Shown: piece after piece, positions 38,301 through 48,235 of the stretch
Position numbering within the stretch: position 1 is the first letter of the stretch
Layout of the letters: the number at the start of each line of letters is the position of its first letter
IMG/VR virus record: IMGVR_UViG_2061766007_000924
Span: 1 to 64,000 of that record
Source: a virus
Taxonomy: Duplodnaviria > Caudoviricetes
Length of the DNA: 64,000 nucleotides
Strand: one strand, 5' to 3'
Made by a program: the position numbers and the translations under genes
Notes under the pieces: generated by a model
The model's input: the letters and a program-made list of their open reading frames with translations, nothing else
Database searches by the model: none
Told to the model about the DNA's origin: nothing

Positions 38301-38846
38301 AATTACAGAGCTCCGAGAATAAACGTATCGTATCACAGGTGCGATTCCAACGGGGTTAAAAGCGATACTGGAGATCATTGCCAAATTACGGTTGAATACT
38401 CTGTCGATCATATTAGCGGACGAACCTTTGACGGAACATGGCTATATAATGCAAATCGGGCAACGATAACGATTTCAACTACTGGATATGAAGAAACGGT
38501 AAGCATACCAACGTATGAAAGTGGAGAAGCCGTCTATGAGTCCACATTTACAGACATATTCCCAGCGGATATTGAAAAATCTTTTGAAATATCGGTCAAC
38601 GTAAAGGACAGAGTTATGGAATACACCAACACGTATCTGCTTTCTACCGCAGGAGTCATTATGGACTTTAGAAGAGGCGGAAAAGGTGTTGGAATTGGGA
38701 AAGTCGCTGAGGGAGATAAGAGAGTAGAGATTCACCCGGAATGGAAACTGATGGCAAGTGTCCAAATAAGCGGTCGCGCTCAATTGCAGGATCTAAGTAC
38801 ATTGCTTGAAGAAATTCTGACTCGGTTGTCAAACGGCGGACTATAA
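35400..38846 (+). CDS. Large minor tail protein / fibre with Ig-like beta repeats
   Basis: Repeated ATD..GR motif; RCDSNG and C-terminal MDF..GGKGVGIGKVAE. Confidence 0.7.
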   Translation: MADYADITVNAVFPVTVYEYSSFVRGWTSGFQVDKDYEINGQMTNEMVLYEFKPDPNDKVEGEVKKVEFGVKFASYDNIPVKAYLFKEKGKYSDMYNGEGKLGEVTVTSNGWYVAQLTFSGLNIENYENLYIGFVDNSNSGEWCSCTYQFNYAKITTRTPSLKITPETGSVVLSENHFETYFTIQNDLGIDELAVQFKIGQSPVTGSKQTLDVEDIEGTKRTTTYSTDTIYAWMKTSPNTKYSVSFTVEATDKYGRTALATIKIALPALTINADNRSLTFNDIIEVYQTDAITGEDNPVIITLTSNQNSEYIQNGSTCEYDWFSQTGQGSKDEITISAKATDSFRRNSDSLTIKASKPPIGATVSQNEYQINTLIHIKKTDNTRDINVTIKSGNVEFVKDLLFPWRDSDADILVSAAWFDKVAGNNGKITGVEIDFTDEIYRSQKISPITISGIVDGENKIVPQLSSFWLTNVGDNRLNNTQYANSFVSGYSKVNTEVYVSSLPGSDISSVKFSGGGFNDVQMEKKTGSAYHRGTTPDAVTVSGTEVTFTVSATDEWNRTNTKTRKQTFVKLPTWQIKQLTPSTVITGNKVTCVIAGRVDKTNGTTESTYTLKRGDALLTKEPVKFTDTTFAIDVAASWVPDSASEAKITLIVTDYLGRTASKDFIAKLPVFAVNVPEDPVIIDSDVTFTFEGTSGQSVNLSLMVGNAAKYNETIEGDSVTVHCPKDWITSGSYVDVTVNATCGNRTDNTKKFTLKYPDLVLETDKTESTPYGYVIYTFSNREGQSVYLEYYYGSRRLLREGPFSEDFGGPLADFFDLVPITTAQVMYIDICATDAIGRMSNKVKLKLTPSFMMDPRLLNYAFTAIQPETVDPALANCVFLGITRIRLSGAYELPTLAKMSKVRISLKKLYSLGYATINSETDTFVFEQTDNEGNPVPITEDVPRLIEFTDERGLESTYETAEIPSINYRAPRINVSYHRCDSNGVKSDTGDHCQITVEYSVDHISGRTFDGTWLYNANRATITISTTGYEETVSIPTYESGEAVYESTFTDIFPADIEKSFEISVNVKDRVMEYTNTYLLSTAGVIMDFRRGGKGVGIGKVAEGDKRVEIHPEWKLMASVQISGRAQLQDLSTLLEEILTRLSNGGL

Positions 38847-38858
38847 GGAGGTCAAGAG

Positions 38859-41414
38859 ATGATCTTTGACTTTGAAAAACTGACTTATGAAGATCTAATA
38901 ACACTGATACCCGCGCAAAACTTAAACGACATACAGGATGCGATTCTGGCGCTATTGGGTCAGTCTGACGGAAATGAGCAGGTCTATAAAGCGGAAGAAT
39001 CAAGCGGGAGTGCTGCAAATTTTGATGCTCCATCTGCCGGGTTGCCGCTCGATGGGTTGAAGGTGAATATTGTACCTGAGCAATCCGGCAGCGGTGATCC
39101 GAGTCCGAGTAACATTCGACAGTTTGTCAGCAGGACATCCGTGAAGGTTTATCATGCAGGGAAAAACATATATGTGGATGAGGTAACACCGTCTACTGTT
39201 ATCAATCCGAGCGGAGTTCCTACAGAAAACACAGGATACTCAACCGTGCTTACGTACATCCCGGTTGTCGGAGGCGAATCGTACTCATTTCAGTTTAAGG
39301 TTGATGCTGCGTCTGCGGCACGTATAATTGTGGCGTTTTATGACGAGAACAAAGCTTTCCAAGGGGACAGACCATATGCGACTGGCACGGCGGCGATAGG
39401 GTTAAACACAGGAACTGTACAGGCCCCGAGCTATGCAAAGTGGATGCGCATATCTTTGCCGAAGTTGGCATATGATCTGCAAATTGAAAAAGGCACCACG
39501 GCAAGCGAATATGAGTCTCCTGCGAAAATCATTACCATATCATTTCCTACAGAGGCTGGCTCGGTCTACGGCGGTGAGCTGGATGTAACGAAAGGCAAGC
39601 TGACCGTTAACTGGACGGCTGTGGACATGGGTACGCTCCAATATTGGGCATACTCTTCTGTGGCAAACGCCTTTACGTTCCACACGGTAGGCAGAGACAC
39701 CAGTGCAGCCAATAAAGAAAAGCTTTATTCAGAGCGCTATAAGACTCAGATAGATCAGTTTTATGCCAGAATTGAAAACGGATGCATTATGCCGCACCCC
39801 GGTGATAGTGCAGCTGGCATTCTGAGAGACAGCAACTTCTCAACGCCAAGCGATGTGACCGATGAGAATGATGGACTACACGGTGTGCTTATGTGCTATC
39901 CGGTGACTACGGAAACTGTTTATCAAGTCACGCCACAAGAATTTTTCACGTTTCCCGGTGAAAACAACATCTGGTCGGACGCTGGAGACGTTGAGGTCAC
40001 ATATGGTGCGTATTTAGAGCTGGTTAGTGAAAAAGCGTTTGGGCCGAAAGTCTACCATGTATCCAAATCTGGGAATGGAGATTATACGAGCTTCACTCAA
40101 TGCCTCCTTGATCTAAAGGACGATAGCACTCAAAAGATAATCTATGTCGATGGCGGGGACTATGACATTTATCAGGAGTATCAGGCGGCTGGAGTCCCAG
40201 TTTATACAGGCTCGAATCCAACCCTTGAGTATTGGGATTATAATGTCTGGATTCCAGTCAACACTCATATTATCGGTCGGGGTATAGTGCGGCTGATATG
40301 GATGCCAGATCCGGTGACTTATCCAGAGCTTACAACGGTGCAATGTCAAGCTGTTTCTCCGGTAAACGTAGCCGGGAGCATGATATTGGAAAACGTGGAG
40401 ATCCACTGCAAAAACGGGCGCTATTGCATTCATGACGATCCTCTCGGAAAAGGGCGCTACAGTAACGCCGTAAAGGTCTATAGAAACGTAAGGTGCTATC
40501 ACTACATCAATGACCGCAAAAACAATGTTGCCTACGGCTTTGCAAACACGATTGGGATGGGCCTTGATAAGCAGATGCATTATCTGTTTGACCGCTGCTA
40601 TTTCTGGAATGAGGGTACGGGCTATGCATTTTATTGCCACACCCGTCAAAAGGTGGACAACGTAACACTCACAGAGGCGGAATCCAGCGAACTTGTCTTG
40701 AAAAACTGCGTGTGTAAAACGGGCCGCGCTCAGGCAGCTAAGTTTGGGAACAGTGGGAGCACAACAAATCTCCGCATCAGGGTTGGCCTTTTCAGCTGTT
40801 GGTTAAGTGGCGGTGTGGACATTATTGACGAAAGCGGAACCGCTGGGAATCAGAACGCATATGACCTGACGATGGCACTATGCAGCGCAGGAAGCATATC
40901 TGTTATGGACAGCAACAACAGATATCCGCCCAAAATTTTTGGGTCACTTGGTACAGCGAGGCTCCAGATACTCAAGCAGCCGGAGAGCCTCACGGTGCCT
41001 CCCAGCGTCCCATTTAGCATGTACATCATTACAAACACCGTCTCAGATGTAACCTACCAGTGGCAGTATTACTTCAACAATCAGTGGAACAACTTTGTCG
41101 GCGGCAATGCCGCAACGCTAACAAAGACACCAATGGTGACTTGGAACGGCTGGAAGATCCGTTGCATCGTCACTGGAGCTGACGGTACGGTGCTGACTTC
41201 TAACGAGGCCACGCTGACTGTGAATGCTGGCGCGATTGCACAGCAAGAAGCATCGTTCACTTCGACCCGTGCCTATACGGTCGGCTCTTACCTTATTGTT
41301 GACACAAATCTTTACAAGGTCATTTCTCCAATTTCCGTTGGTGGCACCATCACGCCGGGCACGAACGTAACACAAACTACAGTAGCCGCGCAGCTTACTG
41401 CTCTTTCAAATTGA
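38859..41414 (+). CDS. Receptor-binding / tail spike protein with pectin-lyase-like beta-helix and Ig-like domain
   Basis: VSKSGNGDYTS..IIYVDGGDY, LENVEIHCKNGRYCIHDD; QPES..YQWQY..RCIVT Ig domain. Confidence 0.7.
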   Translation: MIFDFEKLTYEDLITLIPAQNLNDIQDAILALLGQSDGNEQVYKAEESSGSAANFDAPSAGLPLDGLKVNIVPEQSGSGDPSPSNIRQFVSRTSVKVYHAGKNIYVDEVTPSTVINPSGVPTENTGYSTVLTYIPVVGGESYSFQFKVDAASAARIIVAFYDENKAFQGDRPYATGTAAIGLNTGTVQAPSYAKWMRISLPKLAYDLQIEKGTTASEYESPAKIITISFPTEAGSVYGGELDVTKGKLTVNWTAVDMGTLQYWAYSSVANAFTFHTVGRDTSAANKEKLYSERYKTQIDQFYARIENGCIMPHPGDSAAGILRDSNFSTPSDVTDENDGLHGVLMCYPVTTETVYQVTPQEFFTFPGENNIWSDAGDVEVTYGAYLELVSEKAFGPKVYHVSKSGNGDYTSFTQCLLDLKDDSTQKIIYVDGGDYDIYQEYQAAGVPVYTGSNPTLEYWDYNVWIPVNTHIIGRGIVRLIWMPDPVTYPELTTVQCQAVSPVNVAGSMILENVEIHCKNGRYCIHDDPLGKGRYSNAVKVYRNVRCYHYINDRKNNVAYGFANTIGMGLDKQMHYLFDRCYFWNEGTGYAFYCHTRQKVDNVTLTEAESSELVLKNCVCKTGRAQAAKFGNSGSTTNLRIRVGLFSCWLSGGVDIIDESGTAGNQNAYDLTMALCSAGSISVMDSNNRYPPKIFGSLGTARLQILKQPESLTVPPSVPFSMYIITNTVSDVTYQWQYYFNNQWNNFVGGNAATLTKTPMVTWNGWKIRCIVTGADGTVLTSNEATLTVNAGAIAQQEASFTSTRAYTVGSYLIVDTNLYKVISPISVGGTITPGTNVTQTTVAAQLTALSN

Positions 41415-41426
41415 GGAGGATAAAAC

Positions 41427-41639
41427 ATGAAACTTGCAATCATTCAGTGCGTTAATGGAGTTTTTTCTGTAGTTGCCGAGGGCATTGAAACAGATCAAGC
41501 GGCGCTCGTATCTTTCCACAGCCAGTGCAAAATCTTGTGGAATGCCTCTGATGTCATTACAGGGGAAGTCGCCATTGTTGATGAGCAGCTCGACATCTAT
41601 CACGGCTACAAAGAGTTTATCAGGCACGAGGAAGCATGA
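41427..41639 (+). CDS. Hypothetical protein (fibre-associated)
   Basis: GAGGAGG RBS; 70 aa. Confidence 0.6.
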   Translation: MKLAIIQCVNGVFSVVAEGIETDQAALVSFHSQCKILWNASDVITGEVAIVDEQLDIYHGYKEFIRHEEA

Positions 41640-41689
41640 TGGAAGATGACGAAAAATCCTACAGCGGTTTACTGACGGAGGACTGAGCA

Positions 41690-42580
41690 ATGACAATCAC
41701 ACAAGCTAAAAGCAGTCTGATCCTCTGGTTACAATCGCAGGTCGGCTATCATGAGGAGGCTGGGAACTGGAACAAGTATGCCAACATGCCAGCAGTCCAA
41801 AGATTGTACGGCGGGAGCATCCAGAACGCCCCGTGGTGCGACCTGTTCACCGATGCGGCGTTCCTCTCTGTGTTTGGTCTTGAGCGCGGAGCTGCAATGA
41901 CCTACCAGACGGTAGGCAACGGCTCCGCAGCATGCAGGACGAGCGCTGACTATTTTAAGGAACACGGGGCATTCTATTACGAGCCAGAGATTTGTGATGT
42001 GATCTTCTTTTTTGTTGACGGTGCCATCAACCATCAAGGCATCGTTGTCAGAATTGACGGTGGTTACGTCTATACAATTGAGGGAAACAGTTCTGATGCC
42101 GTCTCTGAGCGCTGCTACAGCATCAATGACAGAAGTCGAATTGCCGGGTATGGTCGGCCTGATTGGGCACTCGTTGCCGATGAGGGAGACGCAGACGCTC
42201 CAATAACGGAGGTTCCTGAAACAGATGTTTACATCAACAAGGACAGTGTACGTTGTTATGAACTGAGACTCCCGTATCTTGCTCTCGGCAGCAGGGGAGA
42301 CGCAGTGCGTTCTGTGCAGATCTTGCTCCTCTCGCACAACATCACCTGCGGGACTTGGGGCGCGGACGGCGATTTTGGAGCAGACACAGAAAAAGCCGTG
42401 AAAGAGTATCAGCGGAAAAACAGGCTCAACGAAGACGGAATTGTTGGGCCTGACACTGGAGCGAAGCTCTTCGGCGTGACTGTAGAAAAAGCGGTAATAC
42501 TCAAAAAAGAAGAGCAGACGAAAGAAGACATAAAACCGGACACGTTTTGGAATAATCTGCTTGAAAAGATCAGAAAGTGA
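41690..42580 (+). CDS. Endolysin (CHAP + peptidoglycan-binding domain)
   Basis: APWCD, HQGIV, TIEGNS, GYGRP; GSRGDAV, DGDFG..T..AV..YQ, DGIVG. Confidence 0.9.
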   Translation: MTITQAKSSLILWLQSQVGYHEEAGNWNKYANMPAVQRLYGGSIQNAPWCDLFTDAAFLSVFGLERGAAMTYQTVGNGSAACRTSADYFKEHGAFYYEPEICDVIFFFVDGAINHQGIVVRIDGGYVYTIEGNSSDAVSERCYSINDRSRIAGYGRPDWALVADEGDADAPITEVPETDVYINKDSVRCYELRLPYLALGSRGDAVRSVQILLLSHNITCGTWGADGDFGADTEKAVKEYQRKNRLNEDGIVGPDTGAKLFGVTVEKAVILKKEEQTKEDIKPDTFWNNLLEKIRK

Positions 42581-42644
42581 TGCACAGAGTGAAACAGTTT
42601 GTAAAAGACCTTGAAAAAGGTAAAGTTTGAAAGGAGAAAACAAA

Positions 42645-42908
42645 ATGAATATTCCCGAAGTTGCGACAGTTGTGTCAATCGTCATTATTTGCTATCTCAT
42701 TGGCGTGGGAATCAAGCTCAGTCCTCTGGATGACAAGTGGATTCCTTTGATCGTGGGCGTTGCTGGAGGCATTCTTGGCGTTGTCGGCATGCATGTTGTG
42801 CCGAATTATCCTGCTGACAATATCATGGACGCAATTGCTGTCGGAATCGTTTCAGGGTTCGCGGCGACAGGTGTTGATCAGGCTTTCCGCAAACAGCTTG
42901 GAAAGTAA
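42645..42908 (+). CDS. Holin
   Basis: Three hydrophobic helices; KWIP, AIAVGIVSGFAATG. Confidence 0.85.
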   Translation: MNIPEVATVVSIVIICYLIGVGIKLSPLDDKWIPLIVGVAGGILGVVGMHVVPNYPADNIMDAIAVGIVSGFAATGVDQAFRKQLGK

Positions 42909-42966
42909 CTAAGCGCATAAAAGGGAGCTCATTTCGAGCTCCCTCATTTGAAAAGAGGGCAGTGAA

Positions 42967-43410
42967 ATGAGCGAAGTAATTAAAAGCTTCTTACTCTTCT
43001 TGTTTGGCGCTGGCGGTTTGGCATTGATCAATGTGTTGCAGGAAAGATGGAAATTCAGGGCTCAGAGGAAAGCGGAAAAAGAAGACCGAAAAGAAGAGAA
43101 AGAAGACCAATTGAAAAACATTCAGGAGCAGCTTGAAGAGATCAAAGAGCAGCAGAGAAAAGACAATCAGGAAATTGCTGCAAAAATGGAAGAGCTGGAG
43201 AAGCAGAACAAAGCGCTAAAGGACGGCATGAAGTATGTTCTGCTTGACAGGATTCTTTATTTAGGACATTCGTACATTTCGGATGGACAAGTGAGTTTTG
43301 ACAACAGAAAGAGGCTTGGCGACATGCATAGCGTGTATCACAATGGGCTTGGCGGCAACGGTGACGCTGATGCTGTGATGCATGATGTATATGAGCTTCC
43401 TCTATTATAA
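42967..43410 (+). CDS. Membrane-anchored coiled-coil lysis-module protein
   Basis: N-terminal TM helix; YHNGLGGNG motif. Confidence 0.65.
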   Translation: MSEVIKSFLLFLFGAGGLALINVLQERWKFRAQRKAEKEDRKEEKEDQLKNIQEQLEEIKEQQRKDNQEIAAKMEELEKQNKALKDGMKYVLLDRILYLGHSYISDGQVSFDNRKRLGDMHSVYHNGLGGNGDADAVMHDVYELPLL

Positions 43411-43420
43411 TAGATGAGTA

Positions 43421-45907
43421 GTGAGAGGTGGTGCACGATTGAAAACTGTCACTATATCAACTAACAGCATCTCAGAATATACCACTTTTGGAATTGGTGA
43501 GAGGGGAGAAAACGAAGTATCTGCTATCTCATTTGATTTCGGAGAGTGGATTGAAGAATATGGAGACGGAGCGCTATCTTTATATGTAAAGAGAAGCGGG
43601 GACAAAAACGCATATCCTGTTGCTTTACAGATTGAAGATACAATAGCAACGTGGAATATTTCTGACGTAGATACTGCGAATAAAGGACGAGGAGAAGCTG
43701 AACTTGTATATGTCTCTGACGGCAAGATCGAAAAGTCGGCTGTTTTCGGATTTGTCGTAAAAAGAGATATTGGGAAACCATCTGATACTCCTCCAGATCC
43801 TTATGAATCATGGCTCGATACTCTTACGGAGCTTGGAAGCCAGACACAGGAAAATGCCAATTTGGCAAGGGCCAGTGCTGATGAGGCAAAGGAAAGTGCT
43901 GACTCAGCAGCAGAGAGCTTGGAAGGTATAGGAGAGTATACAGAGAGAGCCGAGACAGCCGCCGAAAGTGCCGAACAGTCCGCGCAGGATGCGGCGGCGG
44001 CACTGGAAAACGTGCAGGAGACCGTTGACAACGCCTTGCAGGAGGCCAAAGACAGCGGCGAGTTTGACGGCAGAGACGGCACTGACGGGGAGGACGGCGT
44101 GACCTATACGCCGTCCGTGGATGCTGCTGGCAACATCTCATGGACAAATGACGGCGGCTTGCCTAATCCACAGCCGAGAAACATCATGGGGCCGCAGGGC
44201 GATCCTCTCACCTATGCTGATCTGACTCCAGCCGACAAAGCAGACCTGATTCAAGGGCCGATTGCTGAAGCGCAGACTGCGGCTGTCGAGGCGGTCAATC
44301 AGGCTGGCACAACGCAGGTTGACAATGTCAACGCTGCCGGGGCCGCGCAGGTGGAAGCCGTGGAAGACAAAGGCGAGGACGTGCTGGAGAGCATCCCGTC
44401 CGACTATACCGAGCTGTCCGAGGACGTTGATACCTTAAAGAGCCAGATCAACGACAAAGCGGCTGTTATCGTTGACACCGCCTCCGGCGCGATTGCGTCA
44501 TTCCCGGACGGCGCGGACGGTGTGCCCGTCAAATCCCTGACCGTAGCCGTTGAGCCTGTGCAGGATTTGCATGGTTACAACAGCCCGTGGCCTGCCGGGG
44601 GTGGGAAGAATAAACTTTCTTATCCTTATGGATTTGACACCAACACGATCAACGGATGCACGGCAACAGTCGCAACTGATGGAACAATGACATTTAGCGG
44701 AATACCAACCGAAAGTGCTTTGTTCAATATTAAACGTAGAGTAGATACCACTGGAAACTTCTATTTGTTTCTGCCAGAAGGAGAATACACTCTGAATGGG
44801 TGCCCGTCTGGTGGTTCTGGAACAACGTATCAAATATCCGTCACTACTTCCAGTGGAGCGGTTGCCACAGACAGAGGTTCAGGGGCAACATTTACATCAC
44901 CGAGTGGTGGCACTTACTGTACAGTTCAGGTTGCAATTTTCAGCGGAACAAATCCCAATTCCATTGTCTTCAAGCCGATGATTCGCCTTGCATCTGTATC
45001 CGATGCAACCTACGCCCCCTACTCCAACATCTGCCCCATCAGCGGCAGGACGAGCGCGACTGTGACGAGGACGGGGAAGAATCTGCTGTCGCTTTCGACT
45101 GTCGAACTTGGCGGTACTAACCAGAGAACAATAAGCGTAAGTATCGGAACAATCCCGCCCGGAACATATCGTTTCAGCGCGGTCAAAAGCGGAACTGCAA
45201 CAGGGAATTTTGGTATTCAGTTTCTTGACAGCGGCGGCAAAATAGCGGGGCAGATAAATACTGTTTTGCAAAATGTTACACTGACTGTCCCAGCTGTTAG
45301 GGCTTACGCTTATATGGCAAGCGGAGACTACAGTGACGGTAAAACGCTGGTCTTGTCCGACATACAGATTGAGATTGGCTCCACCGCCAGCGCCTATGAT
45401 CCATATCAAGCCAACACCTACACCATCGCCCTCGGCGATACCGTCTACGGCGGGACGCTCGATGTGACGCAAGGGAAGATGGTGGTGACGCACATGCTTT
45501 TCAACCGCAATTCCGCAACGATGAACAATTCAAATGCATATCCCGGTTGGAATGATGCTGGATTAAAAGCTCTTGGGTATACGGGCGGTCGCAGTGGGAT
45601 GAACACCTTGCTAAATATTGGATCAGAATTCAGCTATAACTGTTCTGGAAAGAACGACGTCCTCTTCTTTGGAGCTGGTGCTTACCACAAAACACAAGAA
45701 GAATGGAAAGCACTTGCTCTTGACATCCAAATTGTTATTCCTCTCGTTACCCCCATCGAAATCACTCTCACGCCCACGCAGATTGACACCTTGTTCGGCA
45801 CGAACAACATCTGGGCGGACGCTGGCCCGGTCGATGTGGACTACAGAGCGGATACCAAACTGTACATCGACAAGAAGTTAGCTGCCCTTGTTGCGGCGCT
45901 CAGTTAA
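43421..45907 (+). CDS. BppU-like baseplate/fibre protein with carbohydrate-binding-like cassettes
   Basis: IGERGENEV, AYPV, GEAEL N-terminus; YIDKK C-terminus; scaffold segments shared with the 38859 protein. Confidence 0.7.
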   Translation: MRGGARLKTVTISTNSISEYTTFGIGERGENEVSAISFDFGEWIEEYGDGALSLYVKRSGDKNAYPVALQIEDTIATWNISDVDTANKGRGEAELVYVSDGKIEKSAVFGFVVKRDIGKPSDTPPDPYESWLDTLTELGSQTQENANLARASADEAKESADSAAESLEGIGEYTERAETAAESAEQSAQDAAAALENVQETVDNALQEAKDSGEFDGRDGTDGEDGVTYTPSVDAAGNISWTNDGGLPNPQPRNIMGPQGDPLTYADLTPADKADLIQGPIAEAQTAAVEAVNQAGTTQVDNVNAAGAAQVEAVEDKGEDVLESIPSDYTELSEDVDTLKSQINDKAAVIVDTASGAIASFPDGADGVPVKSLTVAVEPVQDLHGYNSPWPAGGGKNKLSYPYGFDTNTINGCTATVATDGTMTFSGIPTESALFNIKRRVDTTGNFYLFLPEGEYTLNGCPSGGSGTTYQISVTTSSGAVATDRGSGATFTSPSGGTYCTVQVAIFSGTNPNSIVFKPMIRLASVSDATYAPYSNICPISGRTSATVTRTGKNLLSLSTVELGGTNQRTISVSIGTIPPGTYRFSAVKSGTATGNFGIQFLDSGGKIAGQINTVLQNVTLTVPAVRAYAYMASGDYSDGKTLVLSDIQIEIGSTASAYDPYQANTYTIALGDTVYGGTLDVTQGKMVVTHMLFNRNSATMNNSNAYPGWNDAGLKALGYTGGRSGMNTLLNIGSEFSYNCSGKNDVLFFGAGAYHKTQEEWKALALDIQIVIPLVTPIEITLTPTQIDTLFGTNNIWADAGPVDVDYRADTKLYIDKKLAALVAALS

Positions 45908-45918
45908 GGAGCTAAGAA

Positions 45919-45999
45919 ATGGAATTTGTCGTTGGTGTTGTTGTTGGCACGATCATCGGCTTGTTTGTTGTTGCGCTGGTATCAGCAAATCGAGAGTAA
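45919..45999 (+). CDS. Small single-TM peptide
   Basis: AAGGAG RBS; MEFVVGVVVGTIIGLFVVALVSANRE. Confidence 0.5.
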   Translation: MEFVVGVVVGTIIGLFVVALVSANRE

Positions 46000-46071
46000 A
46001 ACGGCGCAGCAGAAAAATAAATCTGGCATAAACTGCCCTGACCTCCGGCAGTTTTGCACCGCATAGCGGTT

Positions 46072-46108
46072 TCCCCCACTCAGGCATAGCTTGGGTGGGG
46101 GATTTTTT
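46072..46108 (+). terminator. Terminator ending the structural/lysis operon
   Basis: TCCCCCACTCAGGC-ATA-GCTTGGGTGGGGGA-TTTTTT. Confidence 0.8.
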
Positions 46109-46159
46109 GTGTTTATGGAGCGATTGCTAAATAGCGAAATGCACAATCTGCAAAGCAAA

Positions 46160-46215
46160 AATCCGTGCAGAACGCCAATTGCTATAAAGCGAATACAGCG
46201 GTATTATAGTCATGC
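46160..46215 (+). promoter_or_regulatory. Conserved early-promoter element, copy 1
   Basis: AATCCGTGCAGAACGCCAAT...CAGCGGTATTAT..ATGC; repeated at 49001 and 50378. Confidence 0.7.
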
Positions 46216-46251
46216 AAGAGAGGTTTATCGTGTGGTTTTTGGAGGTGCAAG

Positions 46252-47565
46252 ATGAAATATTCGATTCCTGAAATCAATATCGAGTCTCTGGAAAAGAAGC
46301 TCACTCGCATCCAGAACAAGTGCAAGAAATATGGCTGCGAGTTCAAGTATGAGCGTCTTGGTGAGCACTTCGAGGAGAAGACGTTCTACGCTTACGATTA
46401 CGATGCTGTTGATGCTTTCGGCACTCCGGCAAGCAAGAAGTGGAAAGAGATTGTGAAGTACATCGACATTGATGTCGAGGGCACTGCGGCTGTCAATGGC
46501 TGGCGTTACGTTGCAAGTCTTGAATACACTGAGAAGGGCAATATCATTGCTGGCACTGGAGACGTTGAGATTCCTGAGAAGTATTATCATTGTGCTCCTT
46601 GGTGTGAGCACTGCAAGACTGCTCGTGACAGGCGTTACAGCTACATCGTGATCAATGAGGAGACTGGTGAGTTCAAGCAGGTCGGCAAGAGCTGCTTGAA
46701 GGACTTCACTGGCGGACTGAGTGCTGAGTATGTGGCGAATTTCGAGAGCTTTCTGAAAGAGATTGAAGAGGCTCGTGAGTTTGAGAGCTTTGGCGGTTCT
46801 GGAGTGAAGTATTTCAACGTCAAAGAGTTCATGGAGGCCATTGCTGAGACGGTTCGGCTTTATGGGTACTGCAAGCGTGACGGCATGAACATTAGCACTG
46901 CTGACAGGGCTGAGGAAATCTACCGTGAGGCAAATGGCATGAGGATCACGGAGGCTGCTTATGAGAGAGTTCTTGATGCAAAGGATCGCGGACTCAATCT
47001 CAAAAATGCGGAGAGCGTTGAGCTTGCAAAGACGGTTCGTGAGTGGATTCTTGGGAACGAGAGAGAGGACAATTACTTTCACAATCTGAAAGTTGCTTGC
47101 GCTCTTGAGTATGGCGATTACAAGGTGCTTGGTCTTCTGGCCTCTGCTTTTCCGACTTACAATCGGGAGCTTGAGTTTGAGGCTGAGAAGAAAGCTCGTG
47201 AGGCGGCTGAGAAAGAGGCTGCTGCAAGGGCTGCTTGGATGGGCAAGGTTGGAGACAAAGTCAGATTCAAGATTGCAGATTTCAAGCGGATTTCTTCTTG
47301 GGAGACTCAGTGGGGATTGACTTGTGTGTACAAGTTCGTTGACGAGAATGGCCTTGAGGCCACTTGGAAGACGAACAACTGGGTCAATGACAGACGGATC
47401 ATCGGCAGCGTGATCAGCGGCAAGATCAAGGAGCTCAAAGAGTACAGAGGGATCAAGCAGACCGAGCTGACTCGCTGCAAGATTGAGTACAAGGAAGAGG
47501 AGAAAAAGCCGTACAACAATGAAGCTGAGAAAGCGTTTGAGGCTTTTCTGGAGGAGACGGCATGA
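46252..47565 (+). CDS. Early phage protein with Zn finger and C-terminal OB-like domain
   Basis: CEHC..R.R..Y...QVGKSC motif; GKVGDK...YRGIKQTELTRC. Confidence 0.7.
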   Translation: MKYSIPEINIESLEKKLTRIQNKCKKYGCEFKYERLGEHFEEKTFYAYDYDAVDAFGTPASKKWKEIVKYIDIDVEGTAAVNGWRYVASLEYTEKGNIIAGTGDVEIPEKYYHCAPWCEHCKTARDRRYSYIVINEETGEFKQVGKSCLKDFTGGLSAEYVANFESFLKEIEEAREFESFGGSGVKYFNVKEFMEAIAETVRLYGYCKRDGMNISTADRAEEIYREANGMRITEAAYERVLDAKDRGLNLKNAESVELAKTVREWILGNEREDNYFHNLKVACALEYGDYKVLGLLASAFPTYNRELEFEAEKKAREAAEKEAAARAAWMGKVGDKVRFKIADFKRISSWETQWGLTCVYKFVDENGLEATWKTNNWVNDRRIIGSVISGKIKELKEYRGIKQTELTRCKIEYKEEEKKPYNNEAEKAFEAFLEETA

Positions 47566-47978
47566 AGGTAGTGGTTATGAGCAGGAGAGAGGCTGTAAGC
47601 TACAGTTTCTCTCCGCATGACGAAAAAAGCGTTGTTGTGTCAATTGGAAGCATTGAAGGAAAGTATGATACAGCGGTTTATGCAAGCCCGTACAATGGAA
47701 TCTGCGCAGTTCTGCCGCTGAGGTTTGATGATGAAGAGGGCGGAGAAAACTGCATGGTAGTTGAAGAGGCGGTACAGATCAAGACGTTTGTAGAGAGGCA
47801 CAAAGACAAATTGATCATTGTTCACTGTGACGCTGGAGTTTCAAGATCCGCAGGAATTGCAGCGGCTTTGCTGAAACACTACAACGGAGACGATTCGGCA
47901 ATATTTGACAATCCAAGGTATGTGCCGAACATGCTGTGCTACAGAACGATGCTGAATGTGCTGGAGGGCAATACATGA
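47562..47978 (+). CDS. Protein-tyrosine/dual-specificity phosphatase-like protein
   Basis: VHCDAGVSRS (HCX5R) P-loop; FDD acid loop; PN motif. Confidence 0.85.
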   Translation: MKVVVMSRREAVSYSFSPHDEKSVVVSIGSIEGKYDTAVYASPYNGICAVLPLRFDDEEGGENCMVVEEAVQIKTFVERHKDKLIIVHCDAGVSRSAGIAAALLKHYNGDDSAIFDNPRYVPNMLCYRTMLNVLEGNT

Positions 47979-48235
47979 ATCGAAAGAGCTGGTACAAAGA
48001 CATGGAGAAGTTTCGGGTGACTCGTGAAAGGCAAAAGGCAAGATACTATGGGAAGACAACGGATGCAGAGAATCGCCGACAGCCGTGGACAGTTCATGAG
48101 CTTGAAGCAATCATGAAGAGAGAAAAAAGTGACACTGAGTTGTCTGCGGAGCTTGGCAGAAGTGTAAAGGCAATACAGGTTAGAAGAAGCACAGAGAAGA
48201 GGAGACTAAGAGAGGAGAAAAGAGATAATGGCTAA
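47975..48235 (+). CDS. HTH DNA-binding protein
   Basis: WT..E...LSAELGRSVKAIQVRR. Confidence 0.65.
   Translation: MNRKSWYKDMEKFRVTRERQKARYYGKTTDAENRRQPWTVHELEAIMKREKSDTELSAELGRSVKAIQVRRSTEKRRLREEKRDNG

Noticed and set aside
38859-45907. Diversity-generating retroelement acting on the fibres
   Set aside because: No reverse transcriptase and no TR/VR pair differing only at adenines was seen in the window.
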